A stretch of DNA of 64,000 nt from Macrostomum hystrix (GCA_950097015.1 CATNEN010000038.1:14694001-14758000); one strand, 5' to 3'; shown: positions 40,286 to 54,250, counted from the first letter of the stretch. Program-made: numbers and translations. Notes: generated by a model from the sequence alone, not told the origin.

Positions 40286-42314
40286 TGGTGCTGCTGTTGA
40301 AGCTGCGGCCGACATCCTTCCCAGACGCACAAGCTAATAGACCAAAGGCCGTCTGCTGCTGGGATGCAGATCCTGAAATAGCGCTCGCTAGACGACGAGT
40401 CCAAAGTGCCGCTGCTCGCGATGGTCCAGACAGCGAGCATGCTTCGGCCCTTCGCAACGAATTCAACGCATCTATGCTGCCAGAATCGAGTCGTACACCG
40501 AAGAAGCCCGTGTCTGAAATTCAAGTCGCAACTGATACGTGCAAGCATGCTGCTGCATGGCGTACTTTTAACAAGCTGACCCGTCGGAGACCTAGACCTA
40601 GCACGGTCGTTGGAGCTTCCTCTGTCGAAGAAAGAAAAGCCACTCTTGCTGCTCACTACCAGAAAGTTCTCAACGGCCTCCTGACTCCGGTCCCCTTCCG
40701 ATTCCGGACTTAAAACCGTCTGCTCCAAGCAGTTTTAATATATTGGGCCCATTTCTGTCACCGAAGTCCCTCAAGCGCGTTGGCCACTACACGCTCGGAT
40801 GCCGCAGCTGGTGTTGATGAAATTCCCCCTCGGGTGCTCAAGCTCCCTGAGTTCTTGCACGTCATTATAACAAACTTGCTAAATAAGCACACCATCTTTG
40901 GAGGAAACCCAGATGCTCGCGCTCCATCTGCCTGGCGAACCTCAAAGATTGTTTCCATCCCAAAAAAGGGCCGTCAACTAGCCTTGATAATCAGCGTGGC
41001 ATTGCTCTGCAGTGTACTCTCTGCAAGCTGCTCAACTCTATCATTCGAAACCGCTTGCTCCCTGGGCTCGATCATCTGCGCCTTAGCATTCAAAGCGGTT
41101 TCAGGCCAGGACGATCTACTACCGAGCAGATCGTTACCCTCCGCATCATCATCAAAACCTGTTTGACTCGTCATAAGGCCGTCTCAATCGTGTTTAGACT
41201 TCCGGAAGGCTTTTGACTCGGTGGCGAGCCTCGATTATCTCCTGGTTGCTAACCCAGTACAGGGTACCAGATGCGCTGATCACTGCTGTCACTGACCTCT
41301 ACATGGACACGCGTGCCTTCGTCCAGACTCCTGATGGGCCAACGGCCGAATTTGTCACCTCCTCTGGAGTTCTTTAAGGTGATACCTTGACCCCTCTTCT
41401 TTTTATCTTGTTCGTCGACTACATCCTGCGACGCGCGCTAAGGGAAGATGATGGCTACATCATGACCACTCGTCGAGGTCCGCGCCACCCTTCCGTCACC
41501 CTCGGTGCGCTTGCCTTCGCGGACGACCTCGCTCTCAACTGCAAGGACCCGTGTGCTGCTCAACACGCCGTCACCAGACTTTGCGAAGAGGCCGCCCGAG
41601 TTGGCCTCGTGGTCAGTGCCCGCAAAACCGAGGTTCTTTAAGTGGGAACCGATAACAGACCTTCGCTGACCCTCCCGAGTGGTGAGCAAATCATGGCCAG
41701 CGACGACTTTCGCACCTCGGTTCCCTCGTCATGACCCCTGAGACAATTATCGCCGATCGAAAGACGCAAGCTTGACAAGCTGCCATCAAGCTGCGCCCCC
41801 GATTTTCTCCTCTGCTGCCGCCGACAAATAAAATATAAATATATTTCATGCTGCCGTCGAAACCATCCTGCTCTACGGCCTGGAGGCGGTCCCCATGACT
41901 CCATCGAGGGAAAGAAGTATCGACGCCACTCACAGAGCCCTTCTTCGCTATGCTATCGGCGTCCGCTACCCAGAGACCATCTCCAACCGTTACCTGGCGA
42001 GACGGACGGGCGCTCTACCAGCCAGCACGATCTTCTCCGTCGCAGGCGTCAAACCCTCGCTGGTCACGTCCTCAGGCGCTTCAATCGGGGAGAGGCAAAC
42101 CCGCTTGCCATGGCTCTGCTGCACCAGCACACTGACGCATTGAGGCGCGGTCGTGGACAAACTGTCACTGTGCTTAAAACTCTGAACTCTGACCTTGAAG
42201 CCATTGGCCTGACCGCTTTGTCTGCGTCTACCTGTCCTTCCCAACTCTATCGCAAGCGCGTGCGCGCTGGTCCCACCTAGTGGTCGCCTGCGTGGTACCC
42301 TTTATTATTATTAT
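40286..42314 (+). mobile_element. 5'-truncated non-LTR retrotransposon (probably RTE-like) with a disrupted RT
   Basis: RT motifs AAGVDEIP, IVSIPKKG, QSGFRPGRST, DFRKAFDSV, GDTLTPLLF and AFADD across frameshifts. (TTA)n tail at 42301-42314. 8-bp TSD cagctggc at 40278-40285 and 42315-42322. Confidence 0.9.
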
Positions 42315-44139
42315 CAGCTGGCAGTAAAAACAAGTGTCGAGCTTAGAGATATAACCTTACCAATGTGACGTAGATGAGACTTGGCTATAGATTCTGCGTA
42401 TAAGTATATAAGCCTATGACACCTGTACATGAATGTATAAGATGTACAGCAAGTGCGACGATATAATTTGGCACTCGCTTGCACTTACCTTATAAAGCAA
42501 AATGTGCGGCTACTTGAATGTAAACAACTATAAATAAAAATCTGCATAGTGAGCCTCAGACCGACCGGTGGGCCCATTCCCGTATGTACTATTACAGTAA
42601 TTATATTGGCAGCACTCTTGCAGGCCTGTGCTTTCGCTATAAATACATCAGCCTATATTTTTTCTATTTAGACGCACTTTGCAATCAAAACTTAGTTTTT
42701 TTGCTCTGGAAAGAAATGTATACGATAATATAATATGCTCAAAAATGTGCTCACAAAACGATGATATAATTGGATTGTGATACAACTGTACCAATTAACT
42801 AGCTCAACGTTTCAATTTGCTGCGTCAATAAGAAAATTTGAATTAAGTTATATTTAATATAAACTTTAAAAAACATCAATATATATATATTTAAATTAAC
42901 GTACAAGGAGTCATAAAGTCTTGCAGAAATACCTTCTATCCACGAAACGTCTGGCCGGTTTCATCGTGGATCCTCTACAGACTATACCCTGATGCACATG
43001 CAGAGGTAAATTTTTGGGGTACTTAAGGTCATTCTGTACAAGACTTACAAGCCACATATCGTGTCTATTTGCGAAGTCGTCAGTATATCCGTCTCGAGTG
43101 TTTGCCTTTGTGAGGTCGCGAACCCTCGATGCGTCAGAATCCGCGCCGTCTTCCAGTCCATCGAAGTCGCATTCATCTGTTCAATCTCTTTCTCTCATCA
43201 CTCGATCAGACCCCAATGTATATTTATCTACATGCCAGCACGCGTCGTGCATCGCCTATCACTCCTTGATCCCTTCCCGTCGATAGATGCTGCATCCCTA
43301 CACACGTCATTGCTGTTTCTAAGCCTACAGGAATTTAGATTTTCACTCTGGAATAGAGTGCTTCGTCTTACGAAAGAATGAATTTTGGCTGATATCCTCA
43401 AAGTTGCTATTCGGCGAACATCATTCACATGTAATAATTGATGCTAAAAAAGCAGCTCGTAAGAGGGTTTGTCAAACAGTTGATGATGCTAATGACGATC
43501 AACCCCTGACGCTATAATTGTGAGTGCACTGCACTGCCTGACGATGATAAGAATGGGTGAGTGTGTTACCCGTAATGTATTCGTGAGATTTAGATAGAAA
43601 GAGAGAATTAAAGTGTGCGTGTACCTGTAGTATCCGTCTGTGGCATGTTACATGTGCGATCATGGGTTTGCGGAATGAGCATGGTTTTATTTACCATCAC
43701 TTGCTCATGTAGATTTATGTGACTAAGAGCAGAAATGGTGAATCATGCGAATTCTATAGAACTTTGTATTGGCACAATTGGCGCAATAGAAACACGAACC
43801 AATAAAGTTGGTTCATCAACTCTGTTTATGTTTAGGTCTATGTTCCTTCACAATTTTTGTTTAAGAAATTTACTTAATTAGCTGCGCTTAAGATAACTTC
43901 TTTCATTTTAACGAGCATCTATAGGTCTCAAAAAGCTGGAAAATAGCACAGGGGAATATTATAGAAATCCAGAGCTACAGAGAGACAGGAGAGTGATCGA
44001 GAAAGAGAGCAGAGAGAGGGCAAGTGAAAGAGGGAGAAGAGTATTTGATCAAGTGTAGCATTTCACAATAACAAAACCCTGAACTGGTTGGAGTTAACCT
44101 TAATAAAAAAATTAATTGTATGAGCGCTACAGGAAATAT

Positions 44140-44468
44140 CACATCACTTGGTGACACTAGACCCGGAGCGGCCGAGGAGGCAGTTATTGCCCATTTCGCT
44201 GACTCTTGAGCACACACGCGCAACAAATACTGTACGCAGGCACAAGCTCCCACGTGTGTACATCTGCCCTGACTTTCTCATCATCAGGCTGTGCACACAT
44301 CACTGTGCACCTTGGAGGTTGGCCCAAATAAGGCGTAAATTGCACGACAAGCCCCCAAGCCTTCTCTCCACAGCTGCGCCGCAAATGAGTGTGGCCTCGC
44401 AACGGAATCGAGCTCAGGGACATTGGTGCGAATGGCAAACGCGTTAAGCGCTCAGCCACTCACCCCTT
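44140..44468 (-). mobile_element. SINE family B
   Basis: The reverse complement is homologous to 21128-21470. Confidence 0.85.
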
Positions 44469-47204
44469 TGTCACGGTTTAGTTCTATTTAACTTTTACAT
44501 TTTCAGGATTTAGTAGAATGCAACCCTACTGAATGCACTGAATCTGAGTGAAGTGTGCATCCAGCCCTCCTGAGTCTTAAGGTGTTTGGTGCTTTTCCCT
44601 CCTGGGACTCTTATTTGAATGCCACTACTGTTTGTGCACGAAACAATAAAATGAATTTTCTAGTCTGGACCACACTCTCGACGTCGAATAACATCTGGCA
44701 TGGCTTTCCTTGTGTTAGTGAATGAAGCTAAAGAAAGCTGCGTGCATATGATTTCCAGCTCGCAAACGTTTTTCTTACTTCCGGACACATAAATATGCAT
44801 GCGTATGCGTATGTTATGTTTTTAAGTACGATATTATGCACTCCTAACATTTACAAAGAACGCATGAAAATATGTTGTATAGAAATTTCGCAATAATGAA
44901 ATTGATGACCCAATTAGTATAGCTCTACAGCGTCGCATATCTAGGCAAAAATAGGTAAAAATGGTATGTAGCGCGGACACAGTGGCAAGGTAACCAGGCC
45001 AGGTACCTGGAAATAGGCTAAGCATATAGCAATAGCATTCGTCATGTCAAAATTTTATAATTCAGACATGGTTTTCGTAGTTGAAAACAACTCCTGACTC
45101 AAATATTATATTCAGATTATGTTGCTCAAAAAAGTAAAACACAAAAACCAATTTATTTTTATTATAATTTTTATTTTTTTTTATTTATTTATAAGAATAT
45201 TGTAGTCATCAAAATAAACCTTTTGTTTTACGCCTTTATTACGTAACTTTAAAGACCGCCATGTTGGAAAAGATTTGGAAAATGAGTCTACCTAGGCCTA
45301 GCTACGATCTTTAGGGCCACCTAAAGTACCTATTTTAAGTTTAAGTTTAAGTTTAAGTTTAAGTTACATGTTTAAGTACCTATTAATAATTACAACTCTT
45401 ATAAGTTGCTAGTTTTATTGCGGTATGCGGTGTCGCATAGCATACTTGTTGTGGATTCCAATTTCCTAGTCGTTTCACAATACATAAGTAAAAGCCTTAG
45501 GTGGGCTAGACCTAGCCTACAACAATTTTATTACTTCAGATTACCGAAGCTAGGCCCTATGTCTATAAAACGCACAAGTTGCTAATTCAATTTGTAACTA
45601 CTATCGTTGCTATAGCTACATTATTGGCAAAATGCTAAGACCATTAAAATACTATTGGTTATTAAAGTTCTCTTTGCCCAAGGGGCTATATTTATGATAG
45701 GCTAGGCCTATATTGGCAACCTAGGCCTAGGTGCCTATTATCATTTAGTTTTAAACATAAAATTATTATATTTTTTGTGCCTAACCTAAATGTTAACCAC
45801 ATTATTTAGTCATTATTGGGACTAGGTCTAGTTAGGCCTACCAACATTTGATTACAGACAACTATTTCTCATGTCATTCATTAATTTATTGCCCAAAATA
45901 GCATTTCAATCTTAATTATTTATTCAGTCTTTCTGTCTCCACTATTTTCTATAGAACTTTAACAGTAGGGCCTAGCTATAATAGTGCTTTAATTGTTGGA
46001 CAAGGTCAATAGTAATTACTTTTGTTAATCACATTTTTATAGGGTAGGCCTAGCCCTAGTATTGGGCAAGTCAATATTGTTGTAGGGCTATTTTATAATA
46101 TTTAAGATTCCACTGAATGTCACCAAAGTTGTTGTAGCCCTGTAGGCTTCTTTTCTTACACACTTTATTCAAGTACTGTCTTTATGTTAATCTTATGTCT
46201 TTACTTTGTTTGCTTTATGCACTTTCTTATTTCAATTCAAATTAGTAGCGTTTATGTATTCAAACATGGTAGCATTATACTTTCAATATGGTAGCATTAT
46301 ACTTTCAGTATGGCGGGTATCTCTCCTCTATATTCCCTTCTACTTATAACTTTACTGTATTATTTCTATAAGTACTTTGTATCAATCTTTTTCCATCTTT
46401 ATCAGTCTTTATCCATCTTTATCAGTCTTTATCACTCTTCAATTATTATTCAGTTAACCTTCAGTTTAATCTTCAGTCCGTCTTTTGGGCTTTACCAGTG
46501 GATCTAGAGTTACAGCTTTCCTTCACTCTATTTCCTTCTCTTTCACAATGTCTCTTTCTCAGATGACTTTACAATATGAACACTTCAAGATTTCAAGCTT
46601 TCTTTACTTTGTACTCTTTTCCCAATCGAGGTGGTACAAGTTGGTTTTTCTCTCTTCGCTTTGGGTGTATTTATACTAAAATTCCCTTCATCTCCACGAC
46701 TTCAGTATAACTATTTTAAATTTTGGTGCAGATAAACAAACGGTGCATTAAAACAAAATTTACGTAACATTAAAACAAAACATATTTAATTTCGCGGGAA
46801 CAATTTCTAGGAAAAATAAAACAATCGGAAACCCTATCTCAATATTGTGGGTTTGTAGGTTAACAAATGTTTTTTTATAAAAGCATTATATATTCACAAT
46901 ATTTGTTTGCTAAATCTTGCTGTAGACATTTTGCTTACAAAGCTTCGTATACTTCATTTTATTTTGCATTTAGTTCGAGTTAAAATATTTAGCATAAGCC
47001 AAGGATGCCCTCTTAGGTCCACAAAAATCATATATATAGGTGCTATAGTCTTGCAGCATGAATTTTGGGTGTTTTTTTAGTGCAGCTTTACCTAAGTGCA
47101 TTGTATCTAAAATTTATTTCAAGGTTTGGCTTAAATATTAAATCATGCAGTAAACAGGCAAAGTTACCAGCATGTTGTCTGAAAAAAAGTACCAGAAATC
47201 AGTC

Positions 47205-48145
47205 TAAAAATAGCTTGAATTTGGCTTGAGGAAGTGCCTGAATATGCCATATGAAGTTCCAGAATGTTGCTTGAGAGTTTCTTTAGAAAGTGCCTGAATG
47301 TGGCCTTAGAAAGTGCTTGAATGTAGCCTGAGGAAGTGCTTGAATGTCGCCTGAGGAAGTGTCTGAATGTGGCCTGAGGAAGTGCCTGAATTTAGCCTGA
47401 GGAAGTGCCTGAATGTGGCCTGAGGTAGTGCCTGAATGTGGCCTCAGGTAGTGCCTGAATGTGGCCTGATGAAGTGCCTGAATGTGGCCTGAGGAAGTGC
47501 CTGAATGTGGCCTGAGGTAGTGCCTGAATGTGGCCTCAGGTAGTGCCTGAATGTGGCCCGACGTAGTAACTGAATGTGGCCTGAGGAAGTGCCTGAATTT
47601 GGCCTGAAGAAGTGCCTGAATGTGGCCTGAGGTAGTGCCTGAATGTGGTCTGAGTAAGTGCCTGAATTTGGCCTGAGGAAGTGCCTGAATGTGGCCTCAG
47701 GTAGTGCCTGAATGTGGCCTGAGGAAGTGCCTGAATGTGGCCTGAGGAAGTGCCTGAATGTGGCCTGAGGTAGTGCCTGAATGTGGCCTCAGGTAGTGCC
47801 TGAATGTGGCCCGACGTAGTACCTGAATGTGGCCTGAGGAAGTGCCTGAATTTGGCCTGAGGAAGTGCCTGAATGTGGCCTGAGGTAGTGCCTGAATGTG
47901 GTCTGAGTAAGTGCCTGAATTTGGCCTGAGGAAGTGCCTGAATGTGGCCTCAGGTAGTGCCTGAATGTGGCCTGAGGAAGTGCCAGAATGTGGCCTGAGG
48001 AAGTGCCTGAATGTGGCCTGAGGTAGTGCCTGAATGTGGCCTGAGGAAGTGCCTGAATTTGGCCTGAGGAAGTGCCTGAATGTGGCTTGAGGTATTGCCT
48101 GAATGTGGCCTGACGTAGTACCTGAATGTGGCCTGAGGAAGTGTC
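47205..48145. repeat. 23-bp minisatellite (ggcctgaggaagtgcctgaatgt) upstream of the H2A.Z CDS
   Basis: About 40 units. The variant cccgacgtagta recurs at 253 bp (11 units). Confidence 0.95.
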
Positions 48146-48225
48146 AAATTTAGTCTATAAATAGAACTTAGACTTCATTTTCCTAACATTCACGCGTATA
48201 TAAACTTGCAGCGCATCTGATAGTC

Positions 48226-48636
48226 ATGGCCGGTGGCAAAGCGGGCAAGGACAGCGGCAAGGCCAAGCAGAAGGCCATCTCGCGGTCGGCCAGGGCCGGC
48301 CTCCAATTCCCAGTCGGCCGCATTCATCGACACTTAAAGACGCGCACAACCAGTCACGGTCGCGTCGGCGCCACCGCCGCCGTTTACAGCGCCGCCATCC
48401 TGGAGTACCTGACAGCCGAGGTACTGGAGCTGGCTGGCAATGCCAGCAAGGACCTGCGCGTTAAGCGCATCACTCCGCGCCACCTGCAGCTGGCCATCCG
48501 CGGCGACGAAGAATTGGACACCCTCATCAAGGCCACGATTGCCGGCGGTGGCGTCATACCGCACATTCACAAGAGCCTCGTCAACAAGAAGGGCGCCGGC
48601 GGCATCGCGCCGGGACCTGGTGGGGCCGCCAAATAG
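48226..48636 (+). CDS. H2AZ: Histone H2A.Z (H2A.V), 136 aa, intronless CDS
   Basis: [14 protein letters not shown]...[15 protein letters not shown]...[26 protein letters not shown] is the diagnostic H2A.Z sequence. A ttgcag acceptor lies just upstream of the ATG. Confidence 0.98.
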   Translation: MAGGKAGKDSGKAKQKAISRSARAGLQFPVGRIHRHLKTRTTSHGRVGATAAVYSAAILEYLTAEVLELAGNASKDLRVKRITPRHLQLAIRGDEELDTLIKATIAGGGVIPHIHKSLVNKKGAGGIAPGPGGAAK

Positions 48637-49409
48637 TGAATTATTGGACTAGTTGGGCTATATTAACAATCTTTAGTCTTCTGGTATAAAACAGCGGTTG
48701 TTAATGTCATCTAATCAGTGCTAAAATTTAGCTGATTTGCAAAAATTTTCTATTCATACTTACAGGCATCGAGGATTTATTACTTATTATCCCAAAATTT
48801 GCGCGTATGTTTTGTCTTTAATATTACCGCCTTTACTTCACAGTGACTTTATTGCGAACTATTTTTCCCTTCAAATTGCTAATCTTAAGAAGTTGCCACT
48901 ATATTGACTTTTAGCTAGTCATTGTTAGGTTTAGTACTAGGCATGTTGTTCTCATAATTCCAGTATGCAGTTCTATTTAATTAATGTTTTATATATGGTT
49001 GTGCTGGCATATATGTAATCTAATGTATGAGTAAACATAATTTATTCACTTCTAAAAGCATTTTATTGTCAAATCTGCCTGTCAACTCGAATATTGTCTC
49101 CCACTTGTCAATTTTTCAGCCATTGTTTAATCTGTATATGTGTTTTCATTGCTTCTATGATGTAATGCAGCGATAAATAATTTTCTACCAATTGTTTGCT
49201 GGTTTTTTATAATATTTCAAATACACACGATAAGACGAAACGTATGACTTTGACGACTACAAAAATGTTTGCTAGTCGAGTCCATTTGAATAAATACGAA
49301 ATCATATTAGCCCATATAGTGCTTTCACTTGTTTAAACCATCTTTTGAAGCCTCCTCTAGTTCAGATTAAATACCAATCCCTAATTATCAAATCCCTACC
49401 TTCCATTGT

Positions 49410-49810
49410 CTTAATCCCCAACCTTCAGATCCCCACTTCCCAATTCCTTCATCCCCAACCATCAGATCCTCACTTCCCAATGCTTTCATCCCCAACCATC
49501 AGATCCCTAATTCCCATTGCCTTCATCCCCAACCATCAGATCCCTAATTCCCATTGCCTTCATCCCCAACCATCAGATCCCTAATTCCCATTGCCTTCAT
49601 CCCCAACCATCAGATCCCTAATTCCCATTGCCTTCATCCCCAACAATCATATCTCTACTTCCCGTTGCCTTCATCCGTAGCCATCAGATCCCTACTTCAA
49701 AATGCCTTTATTCCCAACCATCAGATCCTTACTTTGAACACTTTCATCTCCAACCATCGGATCTCCACTTCCCATTGCCTTCATCTCCAACCAGTCAGAT
49801 ATCTGCTTCC
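49410..49810. repeat. 37-bp minisatellite (tgccttcatccccaaccatcagatccctaattcccat)
   Basis: Tandem units at 37-bp spacing (49518, 49555, 49592). Confidence 0.85.
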
Positions 49811-50387
49811 CATACCCTTTCGCCTACCTCCAAGATGCAAGAGTTTTAAATAGATGATAGACAATGCTGTAGCTGCATAAGGGTTTATTATTGTATTAAT
49901 GTTTTTCATTTTTAGACACATAATAGTCTTACAATATTGAAGGGAAGCAATGATATGTAAATAGACTTACTACTCGTAGTAATCTAACGTTTATTTACTG
50001 AGATTACAAAAAAACTGAAGTACGAAATGCCATGAAAGTGCGAAAAAACTACAAAACAATGAGTTAGTCCTGGGGAAAATATTGATCAATCAGTAAATAA
50101 GTCTATTTGTCGCTATTTTAGCGCTCCAATCAGCAGTACTAGCAACTGAATCTAGTAGTTTACTTGACGACACGAATTTTCTGCCTTGGGCTGAGAATCG
50201 AACTCCTAACATCTTATTCGGTAATCCAAAGCTCTAAACACTATAGACGAAAAGCACCCTTGCAGAACAAAATTTTTATTATCACCTGTCAGTAATCAAA
50301 GAAAAAATGTGCGCAACCGAGATTGTTAAATCACCGTCCATTGTTCATGCACCGTCAAGTTCGTTGACTTCAATAAAGTTACAATTT

Positions 50388-53350
50388 TTAACCCTTCTGC
50401 GGCTTACTCAAGGCCAGCATGCTTTCCTTTAGCGATGGCAAGGCATTGGCAAGCTGACTGTTCAGAAACAGCATGCTCTCTTGATCGTCTGGCTTCTTAT
50501 CCAGATTGAGCAAAAGCGTCATGCACTGCGGAATGAGCGGCCGGTCAACTGGGCTCGGGCTGGTCATGGTCTGCACCATGTAGTCCCAGGCGGGCTTGCC
50601 AGTCCTGCACTCACGCAGGTAGCTGTCGTTGTTCTCTCGCAGGCGCATACCGAATAAGCATTCCCAGGCGATGACGCCCAGTGCGTAGATGTCCGACTTG
50701 TCCGAATAGGCCGGCCGTACCTGCAGTATCTCGGGCGCCATGTAGCCGTTTGTTCCACCGAATGTCGTGCCGGACATTTCGCTCTCGTGCTTCGCGAGGC
50801 CGAAGTCGCACAGTTTAGTAACGAAGCGCAACTGCTCGGAGTTTTGAATCTCCATCAGGACATTCTCCGGCTTGAGGTCGCGGTGTAGAATCTGCCTCTT
50901 GTGTAGCTGATGAACAGCTGCGAAGAGCTGGTTGCAGATAACTCGGCAAACAGCAAAAGCAGAGCCGCGCATTGGACTGCCCTTTTCGCTTCTGTACGGC
51001 ACAACCTTGGCGTCGAATTTCTCAATGAATTGCCACAAGTCGCAGTCGTACTTGAGAGTCAGGAAACCGACGGTTTGCAGGTTTGGGAAATACACCGTGC
51101 CCAGCCACGGGATGATATTGTTGTGCGGCTCGTTTGACACGGCCTTCAAAATGTCGATCTCTAGAAGCAATCGATGAGCTTGCGTACCCCTTCCGGGAGC
51201 CACTTTTAGTACCATAGGCTTCTCGGCGCCCTGAGGCGAGACCAGGTAAATTGGTTTCCCAGTAACTAGCTCTGTTCCCAGCTGTCGTCGGTGAGTCACA
51301 TCAATGTCAATTCCAAACTTCGCACAGTCCTCCTTGCTGAGAACCTCGCAGCCTAGCTTCTCTAGTTGAAGCATCATTAGGTCACCTTGAATCTGCTGCA
51401 GCTGACTTTCTAGTTCAACCAGGCTTTGCGTCAAAGATTCAACATTGTGCTTCGCATTGTTCGCAATCTCCTGGTCTGAAGGTAGGATGCAGAAGCACTC
51501 GATGAACTCTCGCAGCTGCCTGGAATCCTGGTCGATTTGCTGCTTCACCCTCTCAAAGAACTGTGTCCGAATCAGCTGGCTGTCTAGCCTGTCTAGAAAG
51601 TCCTGTCCCAGACCTCGGAGCTCCTTCTTGAACTTCTCATCGTTCTCCTGGTTTTTCTGAGCTCCTATCACTGGCACAATGATGGCCATTGTTATGGCTG
51701 CTAGGGGCACCCACAGCGGCGCCGCGATTCCAGCGGCGAAGGTCTCAAGTCGACCTGTGCGCAGTCGTTTCCGCACCATGTCGTCTGTGACACTCTGAAT
51801 GGTAGCTCGCCGCAATGAATCTCGCGAGTTCGTTGAATTGCCGCTGCTAGATGAGTCGCTGAGCATGTCGTCGGAGACGAGAATTATCTCCTGGATTTCT
51901 ACGGCCTTAGTGCACAGGTCTTTGAACTTGCTCAGCTTGTCCTGGTGCAACACTTCGTCGGCTTTGTTCAGCACCTCGCTTTTGCTGTTCCACTCACGCA
52001 GCTCTTTAGCCACCGCCTCAAGGAAGGCAATCTCCAGTTTGTGCTCTGAGCAGTTCTTCAGTTCAGCTGCTCGACTGATGATGTTTTCAATGATCTTGTT
52101 GCGAACACGTCCGATCCGCAAATGCTGGGCCACGCTTTCCGACGCATCTTTAAGCCTGGCGTCGCTCTTTCGTCGAAAATCGTCACTATACTTTGCTGCA
52201 AGGCTTCGCAAGGCGTTGAAATCTTTCATGTACTCTTCTCGTGGGCGTCTCTGCCTATTGGCGATATTCTTGGACAGGTTGATGTTCCGCTTAATCTGAT
52301 GCACCACACGGAATGGTACGCAGAGCTCCTTGGTGACTGCTTTCGCCAGACGAGTGCTCCGCTTGCGAAGCTCGTCATCTAGAGCCGTCTCTAGTTCGGG
52401 TTTCACGCTCTTCAGGCCGTCCCACTGCCACTGAGTGAAGTAGTACAGGTTGTGATTTGTCTTTGTGCTGCTTTCCGTATTGTAGACGATTTCTGTAACC
52501 TCGGCACGCTTGCCTCGATAGTGCTGGCAGAGCAGCAGCAGGCGGCTCTGATTGGCCAGGTTGCGCACGTAGCTTAGCTCGGATTCGGCCAGCCTCCGCT
52601 CCATCTCCGGAGCGAAGAAGTGCATCACAATTAGCAAGTTGCCGCGCTCCTGAAATGGTAAATGCAGCATCTAGAATGTGTTAACTTCTAATTTGTACTT
52701 GGTAGTACACACTAACTCACCTGGGCAGCCAATAATGGCTGATGCGGATCCAGGAGCTCCTTGATTGTAGTATCCACTCGGGACGCTGCGGCAATTCGCA
52801 GACGGCCTAGGTGCGGGCAGTGCAGCCCGATCTCAACCAGCAGGCCGTCAAATCCGGAGCTCTTCTCGAATTCCAGTGTCAGCAGCTCCAGGGCCAGCTG
52901 CTGGTTCATGGAGCGCAGGCATTCGAAGCTAATCTCCTTGTGTAGAGTAAGGCAGCCTTTGTTGTAGACAAAAATTCGAACCGACGACGCACATCCCTGT
53001 TCTTGCTGAGTTCCGGTCACAATGAATAGAGTCCGGCTGCGGAAGAACACCTCATCCTCAAGGATGGTCTGGGCGAATATGAATCCGTTCAGAGCCGTCA
53101 GGGCGCGTCGACCAGTCACGACAATGAGCTGCGGCTCATTACTGATCTTATTCTCTAGATTGGGCAGTCCCTCAAGAAAGGCTCTGATCTGGCTCTGCTG
53201 ACACGGAAAGATACCTTCTGTGTTGCCATTCTCCATCTTCTTTCGGATCCGGCCACAATATGTACTCAATTGATTGTCCAGTGCGGCGTATTTGCTGATT
53301 ATTTTAGCCAGGCCCTGGTGTATCTGAGCTTTATTAATTGCGTCCTGCAT
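50388..53350 (-). CDS. ~970-aa protein kinase, DSTYK-like architecture. Exons 53350-52721 and 52670-50388
   Basis: A 50-bp GTGAGT...CTAG phase-0 intron joins the two ORFs. Kinase motifs VLK, alphaC E, HRDLKPEN, DFG and APE are present. The centre is helical with a hydrophobic AAGIAAPLWVPLAAITMAIIVPVIG segment. Confidence 0.85.
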
Positions 53351-54029
53351 TATGAAATGTTTGTTCAGTGTTTGAGCTACACGAGGAGACCCACGGCTGG
53401 CTTGTTTACTAGCCCTTCGTGTCGGCTGCTTTTATTCGCGAAAGGGCGCTGCTTCGATCAATAAAATATGCGGCGCTGGGAGGGTATGAAATTGCATCCA
53501 CATTAGCACTGTACGTGCCTTGTCTGTGCATTTGAAGCTAGCGAGGTCTTGAAGGGGGTTAGAGAGACTAGATGTGCAGTCAATGTGCACCCACGCACGC
53601 ATCCTTAGAGTGGCCTTAGCATCTTGCTCTCTCTTTCTTTAACAGTGCTGCATAATACAAGCATATGTCATGCAGCAAAACAATTTTTGCTAATTAACAG
53701 TTTAGTGCCATGTTCAGATAGTTTATTTTTTGCGATTTGATAATATCTTTAAGTAGTCTTAATCAGCTTATCAAATTATTACATTGTGTCTTCAAAGTAT
53801 TATAAGACGGAAAGCTTTTAGCTCATTGATTAAAGCTTTGGACTTCCAATGGGGAGGTCGGGAGTTCGAATCTCAACCTAAGGGAAACTATTAATGTTGT
53901 TGAGCATTAATTCTCTAGATTTAGTTCACACCGAAATAAAAGAATAATTATGGGAGGCCTGGACATAGCACACTATATAGCACACCCGTCTGTATAGCAC
54001 ACCCGCACACAGACACTGTACGAGACACT

Positions 54030-54250
54030 CGCTCACACAGGTGTAAATCTGCTCTGACTTTCAAATTGTCAGGCAGTGTTCAATATCACCGTGCCTTGGA
54101 GGTTGGCTCTCAAGGGCCTAAATTACACGACAAGCCCCCAAGCCTTCTCTCCGCGGCTGCGCCCCAAAAGAATGTGGCCTCGCCACAGAATCGTGCTCAG
54201 GGACCTTGGTGCGAGAGGCAAACGTGTTAACCGCTCTGCCAGTCACCCCC
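54030..54250 (-). mobile_element. SINE family B, 3'-truncated
   Basis: Homologous to 59855-60078. Confidence 0.8.

Noticed and set aside
43014-43430. GC-richer patch with short ORFs
   Set aside because: No recognisable domain or consistent splice sites.
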